This document shows positions 22,603-33,415 of a stretch of 64,000 nt of DNA, in pieces. Under the pieces are notes generated by a model, which made no database searches, was not told the DNA's origin, and was given only the letters and a program-made list of their open reading frames with translations. This stretch comes from an uncultured Candidatus Saccharibacteria bacterium (lineage in GTDB: Bacteria; Patescibacteriota; Saccharimonadia; Saccharimonadales; JAUPVS01). The stretch spans positions 21,248 to 85,247 of the forward strand of contig CAZVKH010000003.1 in assembly GCA_964627095.1 (NCBI GenBank), in the 5' to 3' direction. Position numbers and translations under genes: made by a program. Position 1 is the first letter of the stretch. Every line of letters starts with the position of its first letter.

Positions 22603-23913
22603 CTAGTGCGCTCCGCCGGCAGCTTCGGCGGCCAGTTCGGCCGGTGATTCGTGCAGAATGTGATTGGACGGCTTGTAGAAAACGGCAAAGATGACGCCAG
22701 CCGCCATAACTGTTATAGCACCAACGATTACCGGCATGTTCATGCCCATGGTAGCCACGTAACCACTGATGATAGCCGGGATAGCCTGGGCCAGAGCCAT
22801 AACGCTGGCATCAATGCCCAGTATCTCGCCTTGCATTTCTGGACCGGCCGATAAGCTAACTAGAGCCGAAATATTGGCCATGGTGATACCAACAAAGATA
22901 GCGATAAGAGGTGATATTAATAATAGCTGTGACGTATTGCTAGGCCAAAGTTGGGCAAATAAGGCGATACCCATTCCAAAGAATGTAACCCTTAGCACCT
23001 GGTAGTTCTTGAAGCGCTTGGCCAAGATTGGCGTAATGACACCCTGCGTCAGTGCAATCCAGATACCAATGTAGGCAAAGAAGTCACCAACATTAGCTTG
23101 GGTAAAGTTCAACTTTTGAATAAGTAGAATCTGGAAGAAGGTCGTAAAGAAGGTGAAGCCGGCTTGGTACAAGAACTCGGCCGTAAAGACAATCCGTAAG
23201 CCTGGCGCCGACGCAGCTTTGCGGATGTTGGTTAGCGACTGGTTCCAAACCATCTTCAGTTTCTTGTTAATGTGTTGGTGGGTTTCGGGCAGAATCGCCA
23301 GTACTAGAACTGTGTTAATGGCTGCTAAAATTGCCGTAAACCAAAATGGTGTGGCCGGACCAAACCAGCTTGGTGTTGTGAACAAACCAAAGAAGTTAAC
23401 ATTTGGCGACGCCAGGCGGGCACCCAGGTATGGACCCATCACAAAACCAATTCCAAAGGCGGCCCCAATTAATCCAAAGTTTTTGGTGCGGTCTTCTGGC
23501 TTGGTAACATCGGCGATGACGGCGCGGGCTACACTAATATTACCGCCAGTTACACCATCAAAGGCTCGCGAAATAAATAGTAGCGGTATGTTTTTGGTAA
23601 TAATGCCAATGGCAAATAAAACATAGCCAAAGCTTGTTCCTGCCAAACTAAGACTCAGAATCTTCTTGCGACCATAACGATCCGACAACTGCCCAAGTAT
23701 CGGTGTGGCAGCAAACTGCATCAATGGGTAAATACCAGTTAACCAGCCAAGTGCAATCAGGGCTTCATTGTAGCTAAAACCAGCTGGAATAAAGATTTTA
23801 AAGACCATCTGTGGTAGCACCGGAATCAAAATACCTACACCCAAAACGTCTAAGAAGACTGTAAAGATAACAATGGGCAAGGCTTTGCGTGTAAGGTTCT
23901 TAGTTGAGGTCAT
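22603..23913 (-). CDS. MFS transporter (drug:H+ antiporter-like)
   Basis: About 12 TM helices and the MFS motif A GQLSDRYGRKK. Confidence 0.85.
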   Translation of the reverse strand: MTSTKNLTRKALPIVIFTVFLDVLGVGILIPVLPQMVFKIFIPAGFSYNEALIALGWLTGIYPLMQFAATPILGQLSDRYGRKKILSLSLAGTSFGYVLFAIGIITKNIPLLFISRAFDGVTGGNISVARAVIADVTKPEDRTKNFGLIGAAFGIGFVMGPYLGARLASPNVNFFGLFTTPSWFGPATPFWFTAILAAINTVLVLAILPETHQHINKKLKMVWNQSLTNIRKAASAPGLRIVFTAEFLYQAGFTFFTTFFQILLIQKLNFTQANVGDFFAYIGIWIALTQGVITPILAKRFKNYQVLRVTFFGMGIALFAQLWPSNTSQLLLISPLIAIFVGITMANISALVSLSAGPEMQGEILGIDASVMALAQAIPAIISGYVATMGMNMPVIVGAITVMAAGVIFAVFYKPSNHILHESPAELAAEAAGGAH

Positions 23914-23925
23914 ATCTATTCCTGT

Positions 23926-24390
23926 TTACTCGTTAATAAATTTCTGGCACATTTCGACGCCTTTATCCTGACAAACATAGTCGTGTAAACCGCCCAACAA
24001 GTCAACTAATTGCTCGGTGTCTTTGGGGGACATATGCTCAAACATCGGTTGATAATAATTAGTTAATATCCGTTGTGCCTCTTCGGTATAGCGCACACCC
24101 TTAGGCGTCAAGGTAGTAATATGTTCACGACGATTCTTGGGGCTTACTGTTGTCTGTAATAATCCTTTGTCGTGTAAAAGTTTAATCTGACGACTGATGC
24201 TAGCCTCGGTTTGATTAAGGGCATTGGCGATTTGCTTTTGCTGGATGTGTGGCATCTTTTGTAGCACCATCATCAGCTTGTACTGCGAGAACCCTATGCC
24301 AAGTTGTTCCTGTAAAACTTGATCGTTGGTACGGCCAAGAGAGAAGGCGAGGTGCTGGATTAAAAAGCCGATTTTGTTGCGTGACTGCAT
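23926..24390 (-). CDS. MarR family transcriptional regulator
   Basis: Winged-HTH pattern (QYKLMMVLQKMPHIQQKQIANALNQTEASISRQIKLLHDKGLL) and operon partnership with the MFS pump. Confidence 0.85.
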   Translation of the reverse strand: MQSRNKIGFLIQHLAFSLGRTNDQVLQEQLGIGFSQYKLMMVLQKMPHIQQKQIANALNQTEASISRQIKLLHDKGLLQTTVSPKNRREHITTLTPKGVRYTEEAQRILTNYYQPMFEHMSPKDTEQLVDLLGGLHDYVCQDKGVEMCQKFINE

Positions 24391-24436
24391 ATTTAGTAGG
24401 TCCTTACCAAAAGCCTACCAAGCGATACTTAACAAG

Positions 24437-25243
24437 TCAAGTGTTAAGGGTAGGGGAGTGTTCTTTAATAGTCAGCGTCAGTTGGTGCCAGTCTTGCAAG
24501 GTTAACTCTTGGGGGCGTTTGGCTGGATCCAAGCCAGCTTTGGTTAATATCTGCGTCACGACTGGCTTATCCAGTCTTAACCCCCCGCTCAAGGAGTTAA
24601 GCAAGGTTTTGCGACGCGCCGAAAACCCTGCCCTAACCACTGTTAGAATGGCCTGCAGGGAAGTGCTTGGGAAGAGCTGTTCTTCCCTTTTTTGCAAAAC
24701 TAGGACCTGCGAATCAACTTTAGGTGGTGGGCTAAACAGTAGAGCCGGTACCTTAACGCCTAAACGGGGCTCATAATACAGCTGCACACTTACACTCAGC
24801 AGCGACATCTGCCCTGGCTTGGCGGCCACGCGCTCGGCGACCTCTTTTTGAATTAGCAGAATAATTGTGGCTGGCGGGTTAGCCGACTCACTTAAGACGC
24901 GCAGCAAATTACTAGTTAAATAGTACGGGATATTAGCCACTACCTTGTAACCAGCCGCTAAACTGGTTAGATCAAACTTTAGAATGTCCTGGTGGACAAC
25001 CTGAAGGTTGCTGGCATTGACTGTTTGCGCCAAGCTACGGGCAAAACGTTCGTCAAACTCGACCGCGACTATTTCCCTGGCCCGTTTAACCAAGTATTTC
25101 GTTAACGCGCCTGGGCCAGGGCCGATTTCTAACACCACATCATCGGGCTTTAGCTCGGCCTCATCAACAATTGCCTCCAGCGTAGCTGGGTCGTTAAGCC
25201 AGTGTTGCCCAAGTGATTTCTTGGCATATGGTTGATCAGTCAT
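24437..25243 (-). CDS. rsmA: 16S rRNA (adenine1518/1519-N6)-dimethyltransferase RsmA/KsgA
   Basis: KSLGQHWL, the SAM motif EIGPGPGALT and NIPYY. Confidence 0.9.
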   Translation of the reverse strand: MTDQPYAKKSLGQHWLNDPATLEAIVDEAELKPDDVVLEIGPGPGALTKYLVKRAREIVAVEFDERFARSLAQTVNASNLQVVHQDILKFDLTSLAAGYKVVANIPYYLTSNLLRVLSESANPPATIILLIQKEVAERVAAKPGQMSLLSVSVQLYYEPRLGVKVPALLFSPPPKVDSQVLVLQKREEQLFPSTSLQAILTVVRAGFSARRKTLLNSLSGGLRLDKPVVTQILTKAGLDPAKRPQELTLQDWHQLTLTIKEHSPTLNT

Positions 25244-25263
25244 AGAGCTATTCTAACAGGAGT

Positions 25264-25767
25264 TTAGGCAGTTGGCCGGATTGTTCCATAAACGCCGCTA
25301 AAGGTCATTAAGCGTTCCTCGATAACCTTGCCCTCGGGCGCAGCATTGGCATGGATATAATAGGCCCCGCTGCGGAAAACCTGAGTTACAACCCCGATAT
25401 GTCCGGGCACAACATGAGTCTTGTCATCAACGGTGTGTTTACGACGCATCACCAGCAGGGAGCCGCGCTCCAATGGGGTAGGCTCGAAAGCTGTTGTTTC
25501 TGATTGGGCATCACCCCACATATCGCGCACATGGCGGAGCTCAAGTGGCCACTCCTCTACCGGCTTGCCCACAACATCACTAAAAGCCCGAATTATCAGA
25601 CCTGAACAGTCAAATCTGTCTGGGCCAATACCGTCATCAAGACAGCGCGGGCTAGCCTGATCTAAACAGTTACCAGCGAATTCGTAGTGGTGCACCGCCG
25701 GTTGACCCATATAAGAACGGCTGGCAGCAATAAGTTCAGCACCAAATGTATCGGCAAGTTCGGCCAC
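25264..25767 (-). CDS. NlpC/P60-like cysteine peptidase, no signal peptide visible
   Basis: FDCSGLI (catalytic Cys context) and a downstream PGHIGVV His motif. Confidence 0.6.
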   Translation of the reverse strand: MAELADTFGAELIAASRSYMGQPAVHHYEFAGNCLDQASPRCLDDGIGPDRFDCSGLIIRAFSDVVGKPVEEWPLELRHVRDMWGDAQSETTAFEPTPLERGSLLVMRRKHTVDDKTHVVPGHIGVVTQVFRSGAYYIHANAAPEGKVIEERLMTFSGVYGTIRPTA

Positions 25768-25803
25768 GACTATACTCCTTTGACAAAGAGTATAGCATAT
25801 GTT

Positions 25804-27048
25804 CTACCACCAGTGGTTAATTAACCAGAAGTTGTAGGCACCCTGCCAACTACCATAGCGACCGTTGGCATAACCACTAAAGAAGCTAACCTGACAAACG
25901 GCATCGGACTGCCAGTTAGGGCAGGCGTTAACCAGTTTTTGACCGGGGCAGGCCTGGCCTAAGCCCAAACAACCACTGCCGTTACGGGCCGCTAAATTCC
26001 AGCCCGACTCACGAGCAATTACAAAGTCGGCGGCCGTCTGCTGCGAAAGTGGTACACCGGCGGCCGACAGAATAGCCGACTTGTCGCCGCCAATCTTGGT
26101 ATTGACGATCTTAGTGCCCTTAGCAATCACCCGTGTCACAGCCTCGACCGAAACAACTTCTTGAATCGCCTTACGGCCAACTTCCTTGCCATTCTCGAGC
26201 TGCAGTTCAAAAGTAGTCAACTTCTTACCGGGGCTACCCTCTTTTTGAACCACACTTGTACCGGCTGCTACATTCGGATCACTAATAGTTTGAACTGGTG
26301 CCGGGATAATAACTTCTTCGGTAACAATCTGCTTGCCAACCGTAACTACAAACACCTGCATATTAGACGTGATAGGAGTAGTTAGAGCCGGTGTCACCGT
26401 ATCAGTTGGCTGCGGTTTAATTCCCTTCTCGGCCAATACTTCGGCCACAGTGGTGGCATGAGTCCGGGCCAAAACTGGCGCACCGTAAAGGTTAATATTA
26501 ACGACTTCGGCGCGGTTGACTACTAGCTTCTGGCTAATGACACCTTCTTGCAACAGGTTCTCGGGCTGAGCTACTTCAACCTTGTCTTCGGGTGCTAGCG
26601 TTATGCCGACCTGCTTAGCAATCGCCTCCGGTGTCTGCTGAGCGGTATAAGCCGTTATAGAGGTTTTTTTGCCGCTAGCATCGCTGTCGACAATGGTAAC
26701 CGGATAGGCTCGGTAAACATTTACACTAAAGTTATCATCGGTAATGGCGGCATCGCGGGCCGGTTCAACCACGTCATTCTCGCCTAGGCTAATTTTAGCT
26801 CGCTCTAGCAAATCATTAACTGTGGTAGCCCGGCTAGGTAAAATCTGCTCCTGGCCATCAACATACAGATGAACAATGTGACTATCACTGGGGCCAATGC
26901 TTGAACCACCCAGTAATACAAAAGTAGCTAGGCTAATTACAAATAATCCCAGAAAGGTTACAACTGGCACTACAAACGGATGATTCTTAAAGCGATGTAG
27001 CCGTTTTTGCTGGGGTTGGGTTTTGGAAGTAGAAAGTTTCTTCTTCAT
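25804..27048 (-). CDS. Membrane-anchored cell-wall protein with DUF348-like repeats, a G5 domain and a C-terminal transglycosylase/Apf-like domain
   Basis: N-terminal TM anchor. G5-like segment DPNVAAGTSVVQKEGSPGKKLTTFELQLENGKEVGRK...AKGTK. The C-terminus reads ARESGWN...GLGQ...SWQGAYNFWLINHWW. Confidence 0.6.
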   Translation of the reverse strand: MKKKLSTSKTQPQQKRLHRFKNHPFVVPVVTFLGLFVISLATFVLLGGSSIGPSDSHIVHLYVDGQEQILPSRATTVNDLLERAKISLGENDVVEPARDAAITDDNFSVNVYRAYPVTIVDSDASGKKTSITAYTAQQTPEAIAKQVGITLAPEDKVEVAQPENLLQEGVISQKLVVNRAEVVNINLYGAPVLARTHATTVAEVLAEKGIKPQPTDTVTPALTTPITSNMQVFVVTVGKQIVTEEVIIPAPVQTISDPNVAAGTSVVQKEGSPGKKLTTFELQLENGKEVGRKAIQEVVSVEAVTRVIAKGTKIVNTKIGGDKSAILSAAGVPLSQQTAADFVIARESGWNLAARNGSGCLGLGQACPGQKLVNACPNWQSDAVCQVSFFSGYANGRYGSWQGAYNFWLINHWW

Positions 27049-27133
27049 AATTGTAGCTATTGGTTAGGGCTGTGATTAAACTGTTACTGACGCCACACAA
27101 ACCTCAAAAATAGCTCTATAAGTATAGCAAGTA

Positions 27134-27586
27134 TTAGGTCTGCGACCAAGTATCAAGACAGTCACTAGTATCTGGTGTTGCCGATAACTTAGTGACGTGT
27201 GCGGGGTTAATCCACTGGAATTCAGAAATCTCGATCGCCTGACGCTTAACCGCTGGTTTAGCTGGTAACTCAACTAGATAGGCATGAAAACGGAAAGAAA
27301 GGCCATAGCTACTAGACCGACCAGAATAGAGTGGTTGGAGTTGGTCTGATTTAACTGCTATACCGGTTTCTTCACGCAGCTCTCTTTGGGCGGCTTGGAC
27401 CGGCGGTTCACCCCTATGGACACCGCCGCCTGGTAGCTGCCAATGACCCATACCCAACCAGCCGCGCAACAACAAAATTTCGTCGTCGACAATTACCAGC
27501 ACACGGGTGCGCCAGCCAATGCGCAAATAGACCCACAAAAGTGGATAACTCAGCCAAAATCCTATTTTACCAATTAGTCGCCACAT
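27134..27586 (-). CDS. NUDIX hydrolase
   Basis: Nudix box GGGVHRGEPPVQAAQRELREETG. Confidence 0.8.
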   Translation of the reverse strand: MWRLIGKIGFWLSYPLLWVYLRIGWRTRVLVIVDDEILLLRGWLGMGHWQLPGGGVHRGEPPVQAAQRELREETGIAVKSDQLQPLYSGRSSSYGLSFRFHAYLVELPAKPAVKRQAIEISEFQWINPAHVTKLSATPDTSDCLDTWSQT

Positions 27587-29725
27587 CTATTCAACTTTCT
27601 CGAGGGGAGCGAAAGAAATATTCAACTTTTTTGTCCCTTTGCCACGAAAATATATAGTGGCGTTGTCGCCGTCCAGCTCTAACACGGTGCCAACCCCGAA
27701 GAGTTTGTGCTTAACATTGTCGCCCTCGTTCAACTCTGGTACGTAATGGGGTTCATCGTTAACCGGCTGGTACTGGGTATCGCCAGAACTAAATGATGGG
27801 CTGGTTTGAACCTGACCATCAATCTCGCTCAAGAAGCGACTGGGCGGATTGTGCTGAACGCCACCATATAACATGCGTCCACTGGCATAAATCATGAATA
27901 ACTCTTCCCTGGCGCGTGTCATACCAACATAACAAAGCCGACGTTCCTCTTCCATTTCTGATTGATCATACAAAGCCCGGGAATGCGGAAAGATTGTTTC
28001 TTCCATGCCCGTCATAAAGACCACCGGAAACTCTAAGCCCTTAGCGGCATGCAAGGTCATTAAAGTTATGGCGTTGCCGTTGCTCTCCCAGCTGTCTAGA
28101 TCACTAATAAGTGAAACTTCTTCCAGAAAACCAGCCAAGCCAACTTCTTGGTAAGACTGAGCGACGCTAATGAGTTCTTGAACGTTTTCTTTGCGCGACT
28201 CGCCCTGCGGTGTTCCATCGTCCAAAAACCGTAGGTAGTCGAGGCGACGGATTAAGGAGTCGAGTAGAGCAGGGAGTGGCGTGTCGTCCATAACCTTGCG
28301 TGATACCTGGATAATATCGGCTAGCTCAGCTAAACCTTGGCGAGCCTTGGCAGTTAAGTTGTTGCAGGTGGTAACCATTTGCAAAGCTTCGTCCAAGCCA
28401 AGGCCAGCTTGGGTCTGCCATTCTAAAAAGTTCTGCATCGACTTGGCGCCAATACCGCGCGTTGGTACATTGACGATGCGCTCAAAACTGGCTCGATCTT
28501 CGGGCTGATAGATGAGCCGCAAGTAGGCCACGATATCTTTAATTTCTTTGCGATCGTAAAAGCGTTGGCCACCAACAATCCGATAAGGAATGCCGTAATG
28601 GATAAAGGTTTCTTCTATGGAACGGCTCTGGGCATTAGTACGATACAAAACTGCAAAATCACGATAGTTACGCAACTTCATGTCGACAGTGGTACGAATA
28701 CGTCGAACAATCGCCTCACCTTCGGCTCGCTCGCTACCAACAGGTATAACCTGCACCGGGGCGCCATCGTTGGCATCGGTCCACAGTTTTTTGTCGGAAC
28801 GTTGCTGGTTCTGCGAAATCACGGCGTGGGCTGCTTCTAGAATATGTTTAGTGCTGCGGTAATTCTGCTCTAATTTGATAACTGTACATTTGGGGTAGTC
28901 TTTTTCGAAGTTGAGAATGTTGCGAAAGTCGGCACCGCGCCATGAATAAATGCTCTGCCAGTCGTCCCCTACTACCGCCACGTTCTTATCATCATTAGTC
29001 AGAAGTTTGACCAGTTTGTATTGGGCGGCGTTGGTGTCTTGGTATTCGTCTATCATGACGTACTTAAACTGCTTTTGCCATTTTTGACGCACCTCAGTTT
29101 GAGTTTCCATTAGGTGCACGGTGCGGCTAATTAAGTCGTCAAAGTCTAGGGCGCGAGCGTTGTGGAGCTCTTTTTGGTAGAGCGGAAAAACTTGGGCCGC
29201 CACCTGCTGGGCCGGGCTCATGGCTGTACCAGCGTAGGCTTGCGGCGATATAAGTTCGTTCTTGGCGCTGCTAATTAAGCCACCAATAACGCGGGCTGGA
29301 AAGGTTTTTTCGTCGATGTGGAGCTGTTTAATAATTCGCTTAACAGTCGACTGGCGGTCGGACTCGTCGAAAATAATAAAGTTACGGGGCACGCCAATGG
29401 CTTCGCCGTCCTGGCGTAGCAGGCGCACGCAGATACTGTGAAAAGTACCCATGAAAGGCATAAAACCACGGTCGTCGGCGCGCGCCCCTAGTAAGTCAGC
29501 CACGCGTTCGCGCATTTCGCCGGCTGCCTTATTGGTAAAAGTTACCGACAAAATATTAAACGGTGTGGCCTTTTTGGTAGCAATAATATAGGCAATCCGG
29601 TGGGTTAGAGTTTTGGTTTTACCACTCCCTGCCCCGGCCAAGATTAATAAAGGCCCTTCGGTTGCTTGAACGGCCTTTTGTTGTTCTTGATTTAACCCAA
29701 CCAGTACATCTTCTGACACCATCAT
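27587..29725 (-). CDS. pcrA: ATP-dependent DNA helicase, UvrD/PcrA family
   Basis: AGAGSGKTKTLTHR, DEYQDTN, LEQNYRS and VGMTRARE motifs. Confidence 0.9.
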   Translation of the reverse strand: MMVSEDVLVGLNQEQQKAVQATEGPLLILAGAGSGKTKTLTHRIAYIIATKKATPFNILSVTFTNKAAGEMRERVADLLGARADDRGFMPFMGTFHSICVRLLRQDGEAIGVPRNFIIFDESDRQSTVKRIIKQLHIDEKTFPARVIGGLISSAKNELISPQAYAGTAMSPAQQVAAQVFPLYQKELHNARALDFDDLISRTVHLMETQTEVRQKWQKQFKYVMIDEYQDTNAAQYKLVKLLTNDDKNVAVVGDDWQSIYSWRGADFRNILNFEKDYPKCTVIKLEQNYRSTKHILEAAHAVISQNQQRSDKKLWTDANDGAPVQVIPVGSERAEGEAIVRRIRTTVDMKLRNYRDFAVLYRTNAQSRSIEETFIHYGIPYRIVGGQRFYDRKEIKDIVAYLRLIYQPEDRASFERIVNVPTRGIGAKSMQNFLEWQTQAGLGLDEALQMVTTCNNLTAKARQGLAELADIIQVSRKVMDDTPLPALLDSLIRRLDYLRFLDDGTPQGESRKENVQELISVAQSYQEVGLAGFLEEVSLISDLDSWESNGNAITLMTLHAAKGLEFPVVFMTGMEETIFPHSRALYDQSEMEEERRLCYVGMTRAREELFMIYASGRMLYGGVQHNPPSRFLSEIDGQVQTSPSFSSGDTQYQPVNDEPHYVPELNEGDNVKHKLFGVGTVLELDGDNATIYFRGKGTKKLNISFAPLEKVE

Positions 29726-29767
29726 ATTCTAACCTAAGCAAAGCGCTTTGTCTGTGGTAAAAAGTGC

Positions 29768-30550
29768 TTAGTCGGCTTTGCGGTGCAAGCGGTAGGCTGA
29801 ATCGATGATACCAGAGAATTTATGATAGTTAATACTAGCGCCGCCAACTAAAACTCCGTCACAGCCTGGAATCGCCAAGTAGCCACTTACGATTTGGTCG
29901 TCAACACTACCGCCGTACAAAATTCGCACATTTTTGGCGGCTTTAGGTCCATAAAGCTGTTTAACCTGATCCCTAATGTAGTCCATAGCTTTCTGGACTT
30001 CGTCTGGCTTTGCCAAGATTCCTTGGAAGGTGCTAATTGCCCAGACCGGTTCGTAGGCAATCACCATGTCTTGAACTTCTTTGGCGGTTAGGTCGGCTAA
30101 TGCCGTGGTGACTTGGTCGTGTAGGACTTTTTTGGTTTCGCCATTCTTACGCTCTTCTTTGGTTTCGCCGACACATAAGATTGGCGTGATTTCGTTACGG
30201 ACAGCCGCGGCAACTTTGGCACGAACGGTTTTAAGATCTTCGTGGAAGTAAATGCGTCGTTCTGAATGGCCAATAATCGCGTAGTGCACTAGGTCGCGTA
30301 ACATCGTAAAGGAAACCTCGCCAGTAAAGGCGCCTTCGTCGGTGGCATAGGCGTTTTGGGCGGCTAGGCGGAACTTGCGTCGGTCTAGCCTCACCGACAA
30401 TGGCTGCAAGACCAACATGCTGGGGGCTAGGACGACTTCTATGTCACTGCTGATGCGAATGCGCTCCTGCAGGCGATGCAGCAGCAGGCTGGCCTGACTA
30501 ACGTTCAGGTGCATTTTCCAGTTTCCGACAATTAGTGTTCGATCGCTCAT
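29768..30550 (-). CDS. tpiA: Triosephosphate isomerase
   Basis: GNWKMH, IGHSERR, AYEPVWAI and GGASI motifs. Confidence 0.9.
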   Translation of the reverse strand: MSDRTLIVGNWKMHLNVSQASLLLHRLQERIRISSDIEVVLAPSMLVLQPLSVRLDRRKFRLAAQNAYATDEGAFTGEVSFTMLRDLVHYAIIGHSERRIYFHEDLKTVRAKVAAAVRNEITPILCVGETKEERKNGETKKVLHDQVTTALADLTAKEVQDMVIAYEPVWAISTFQGILAKPDEVQKAMDYIRDQVKQLYGPKAAKNVRILYGGSVDDQIVSGYLAIPGCDGVLVGGASINYHKFSGIIDSAYRLHRKAD

Positions 30551-30573
30551 AGTTGTTATGTTTAAATTGTACC

Positions 30574-31890
30574 CTATTTCGCCTTCTTTAGGCGTGATTT
30601 ATTCTTTAGGGCCTCGACACCCGGCAATTTTTTGCCACTCATCAACTCTAAACTAGCGCCGCCACCGGTTGATACATGGTTAAAGCTATCGGTTAAGCCA
30701 CGGCCTTCCACGTAAGACACAGTGTCGCCTCCGCCGACAATACTGAACGGTCGGTGACCGTACTGACCAAGCATAGACTCCACAATTAGCTCGGTGCAGT
30801 GGGCAAACGGACCAACTGGTCCTAGCCCACCCAAGGGACTAACTTCGGTCACACCCATGGCCCCGTTCCAAATAACGGTTTCGGCCAACTGCATGCCACC
30901 GGCAATGAAGGCACCGGAAAATGGCCCAATATCATAGAGCAGTTCGTTACTTTTAATCTTGCTGGCTTCACGCGGTGGTCGCTTGGGGTAACTTTCGATG
31001 TCGGCAATCATGTGGGTATCCCAGTCGACAATGCGAGTTTTGGCCTTGGGGTCTAGCGATGTAGCCACCACACCGTCTTGAGGCAAATAAAAGATGAAGC
31101 GCTGTTTAGCAGCCTTTTGGCGCGCCATGTCCATAATCTTTTTGGCCAGTGGCACATCTTCCGGTACCACGACACTACTACCGACATCAACACCCTTGGC
31201 TAGCAAAAAGGTGTTAGCCATAGCGCCACCGACTACCAAGAAGTCGGCAATGGCAATGAAGCGTTCCAGGAACTCAATTTTGTCGGCTATCTTGACGCCG
31301 CCGACGATGGCCATAAGTGGTCGCTTGGGGTTAGATATAGCCGCCTCTAGTGTGACCACCTCTTTTTCGAGTAGCAAACCGCTAAAACTAGGTAGATAAT
31401 GCGTAACACCTTCGGTCGAGGTATGAGCCCGGTGGACCACCCCAAAACCATCCTGCACAAAAACGTCACCTAACCGCGCCAGGGCTTCCGAAAAGTGCTT
31501 GTCGTTAGCCTCTTCTTCGGGGTGAAAACGCAGGTTTTCGAGCATCAGCACGTCTTTGGGCTTCATTTGCTGAACAGCCTTTTCGGCTACCGGCCCAATA
31601 CAGTCATCAACAAAAGTTACCGGCTGGCCAAGTAGCTTCTGTAAGTGTTTAGCAACCGGTTTTAGGCTCAAGTGCTTGTCGTACTTATCCTTGGGCCGCC
31701 CCATGTGTGAAATAATGACAACTTTGCAGCCTTGCTTAAGCAAGTATTGAACGGTGGGGACGGACTGGGTCAAACGGTAGTCGCCAGCTATTTGGCCATC
31801 ACCACGAATTGGCACGTTATAATCGGCCCGTAGTAATACGGTTTTGCCTTTTAGCTTAACGTCGCGGATTGTCTGTTTATTAAAACTCAT
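30574..31890 (-). CDS. pgk: Phosphoglycerate kinase (longer than usual, with an internal insertion)
   Basis: RADYNVP, SHMGRP, GGAMANTF and STGGGASLE motifs. Confidence 0.9.
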   Translation of the reverse strand: MSFNKQTIRDVKLKGKTVLLRADYNVPIRGDGQIAGDYRLTQSVPTVQYLLKQGCKVVIISHMGRPKDKYDKHLSLKPVAKHLQKLLGQPVTFVDDCIGPVAEKAVQQMKPKDVLMLENLRFHPEEEANDKHFSEALARLGDVFVQDGFGVVHRAHTSTEGVTHYLPSFSGLLLEKEVVTLEAAISNPKRPLMAIVGGVKIADKIEFLERFIAIADFLVVGGAMANTFLLAKGVDVGSSVVVPEDVPLAKKIMDMARQKAAKQRFIFYLPQDGVVATSLDPKAKTRIVDWDTHMIADIESYPKRPPREASKIKSNELLYDIGPFSGAFIAGGMQLAETVIWNGAMGVTEVSPLGGLGPVGPFAHCTELIVESMLGQYGHRPFSIVGGGDTVSYVEGRGLTDSFNHVSTGGGASLELMSGKKLPGVEALKNKSRLKKAK

Positions 31891-31904
31891 CCCACCCCTA
31901 CCAG

Positions 31905-33335
31905 TTACAGGACCCGCACTTTAATGGTGTCAGTCGTGCCAACCACACCCGGATGCTTGCCCGACGCCGTCACAATAATGTTGCCCTTATTGAGCACCTT
32001 GTTCTGCAACAGCCAGTTGGTTAGTTTAGTGGCCGCCAATGGATCGATTGGTCGTACGTAGGCCTTGGTACCAAACACAATAGCCAGCTGCTGGGCGACG
32101 CGTTTGTCTGGTGTAACAGCGATTAAGGGCATTGCCGGCCGGCGGCTAACAATTTGTAGGGCGGTATTGCCGGTTTGAGTCTCGGCCACAATAGCCGTTG
32201 CCGGAAGATGCTCGGCCAAACCAATAATAGCCTTGCTGACGGCACTCTGAAACGATTTGTGCGGGTGGTCCGGAAAATGCACTGTTAATGGATTATTTTG
32301 TTCGGTATAAGTTGTGACGCGCTTCATTACCCGGACAGCTTCGATGGGATACTGGCCGTTGGCGGTTTCGTCACTGAGCATTACACAGTCGGCGCCTAAG
32401 ATTACGGCAGTGGCGACGTCTGATACTTCGGCCCGGGTTGGTTCCGGTGTTTCGGTCATACTGGCTAACATTTGCGTGGCCACGATGGTTGGCTTGGCTT
32501 GAGCCAGTCCTAAGCCAATAATTCGTCGTTGGACAATTGGCACGGCTTCGGCGGCCGTTTCGATGGCTAAGTCACCGCGCGCCACCATCACCGCATCGGT
32601 TGCCTCAATAATTTCTTCTAGGTTGTCGATTGACGCCTTGGTCTCGATTTTGGCAATAATTCGGGCTGTACTACCTAATGATTTGAGACGTTTGCGTAAT
32701 TGTTCAATATCATCGGCCGTTTGCACGAAACTCAGGGCAACGTAGTCGATGTCACGCTCCGAACCAAAGGCAATGTCTTTTTTGTCTTTAGCGGTAATGA
32801 TATCACCGGCGAAATCGGTATCTGGTAGGTTAATGCCCTTACGCTGAATCAAAATACCAGCGTTTTTGGCTTCGGCATGCACCACACCATCCTTAACGCT
32901 GTTCACGATAGTGCGAATTTTGCCATCATACAAAAATAGCCGTTCACCTCGTTTCACTTTCTTGCTCAGGTCATACTGGGTCGGAATAATACCAGACCGC
33001 TCAATGTCAGCCTGATAGCCAAACTGCAAAGACTGGCCCTTCTGGACGTTAATAATACCCTCGAAGTCGCCTAAACGGATTTTGGGACCTTGCAGGTCTT
33101 GAATAATGGCGACCGGCTTGCCATAGGCCTTAGAAGCTTTGCGGATCCAAGCGATCTGCTCATCACGCTCTTCGTAGTTACCGTGACTAAAATTCAAACG
33201 TAGGCCGTTTACACCAGCCGAAATTAACTCGGCAATGGCATCGTAGCTATTAGTAGCCGGGCCCACTGTAGCAATTATTTTGGTGCGCTTAAATTTAGAA
33301 AGCGGCACCCGCGGTGTCTGATTAGTTACATCCAT
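31905..33335 (-). CDS. pyk: Pyruvate kinase
   Basis: TKIIATVGPA, NFSHG, MVARGDL and TQML.SM motifs. Confidence 0.9.
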   Translation of the reverse strand: MDVTNQTPRVPLSKFKRTKIIATVGPATNSYDAIAELISAGVNGLRLNFSHGNYEERDEQIAWIRKASKAYGKPVAIIQDLQGPKIRLGDFEGIINVQKGQSLQFGYQADIERSGIIPTQYDLSKKVKRGERLFLYDGKIRTIVNSVKDGVVHAEAKNAGILIQRKGINLPDTDFAGDIITAKDKKDIAFGSERDIDYVALSFVQTADDIEQLRKRLKSLGSTARIIAKIETKASIDNLEEIIEATDAVMVARGDLAIETAAEAVPIVQRRIIGLGLAQAKPTIVATQMLASMTETPEPTRAEVSDVATAVILGADCVMLSDETANGQYPIEAVRVMKRVTTYTEQNNPLTVHFPDHPHKSFQSAVSKAIIGLAEHLPATAIVAETQTGNTALQIVSRRPAMPLIAVTPDKRVAQQLAIVFGTKAYVRPIDPLAATKLTNWLLQNKVLNKGNIIVTASGKHPGVVGTTDTIKVRVL

Positions 33336-33415
33336 TACATTAATTTTACTTGCTTATGGTTACAAAGCCAACTTTGTTATAATAAATGTAAAGCAATCAA
33401 ACCAAACACCATACT

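Noticed and set aside
27076-27273. 65-aa ORF overlapping the 3' end of the Nudix gene
   Set aside because: It is an out-of-frame overlap with a motif-supported gene and has no RBS.
33336-33415. Possible Mg2+ riboswitch (M-box) upstream of mgtE
   Set aside because: The intergenic region is only 80 nt and contains a likely extended -10 (TGtTATAAT at about 33375-33383). The resulting leader of about 35 nt is too short for an M-box.
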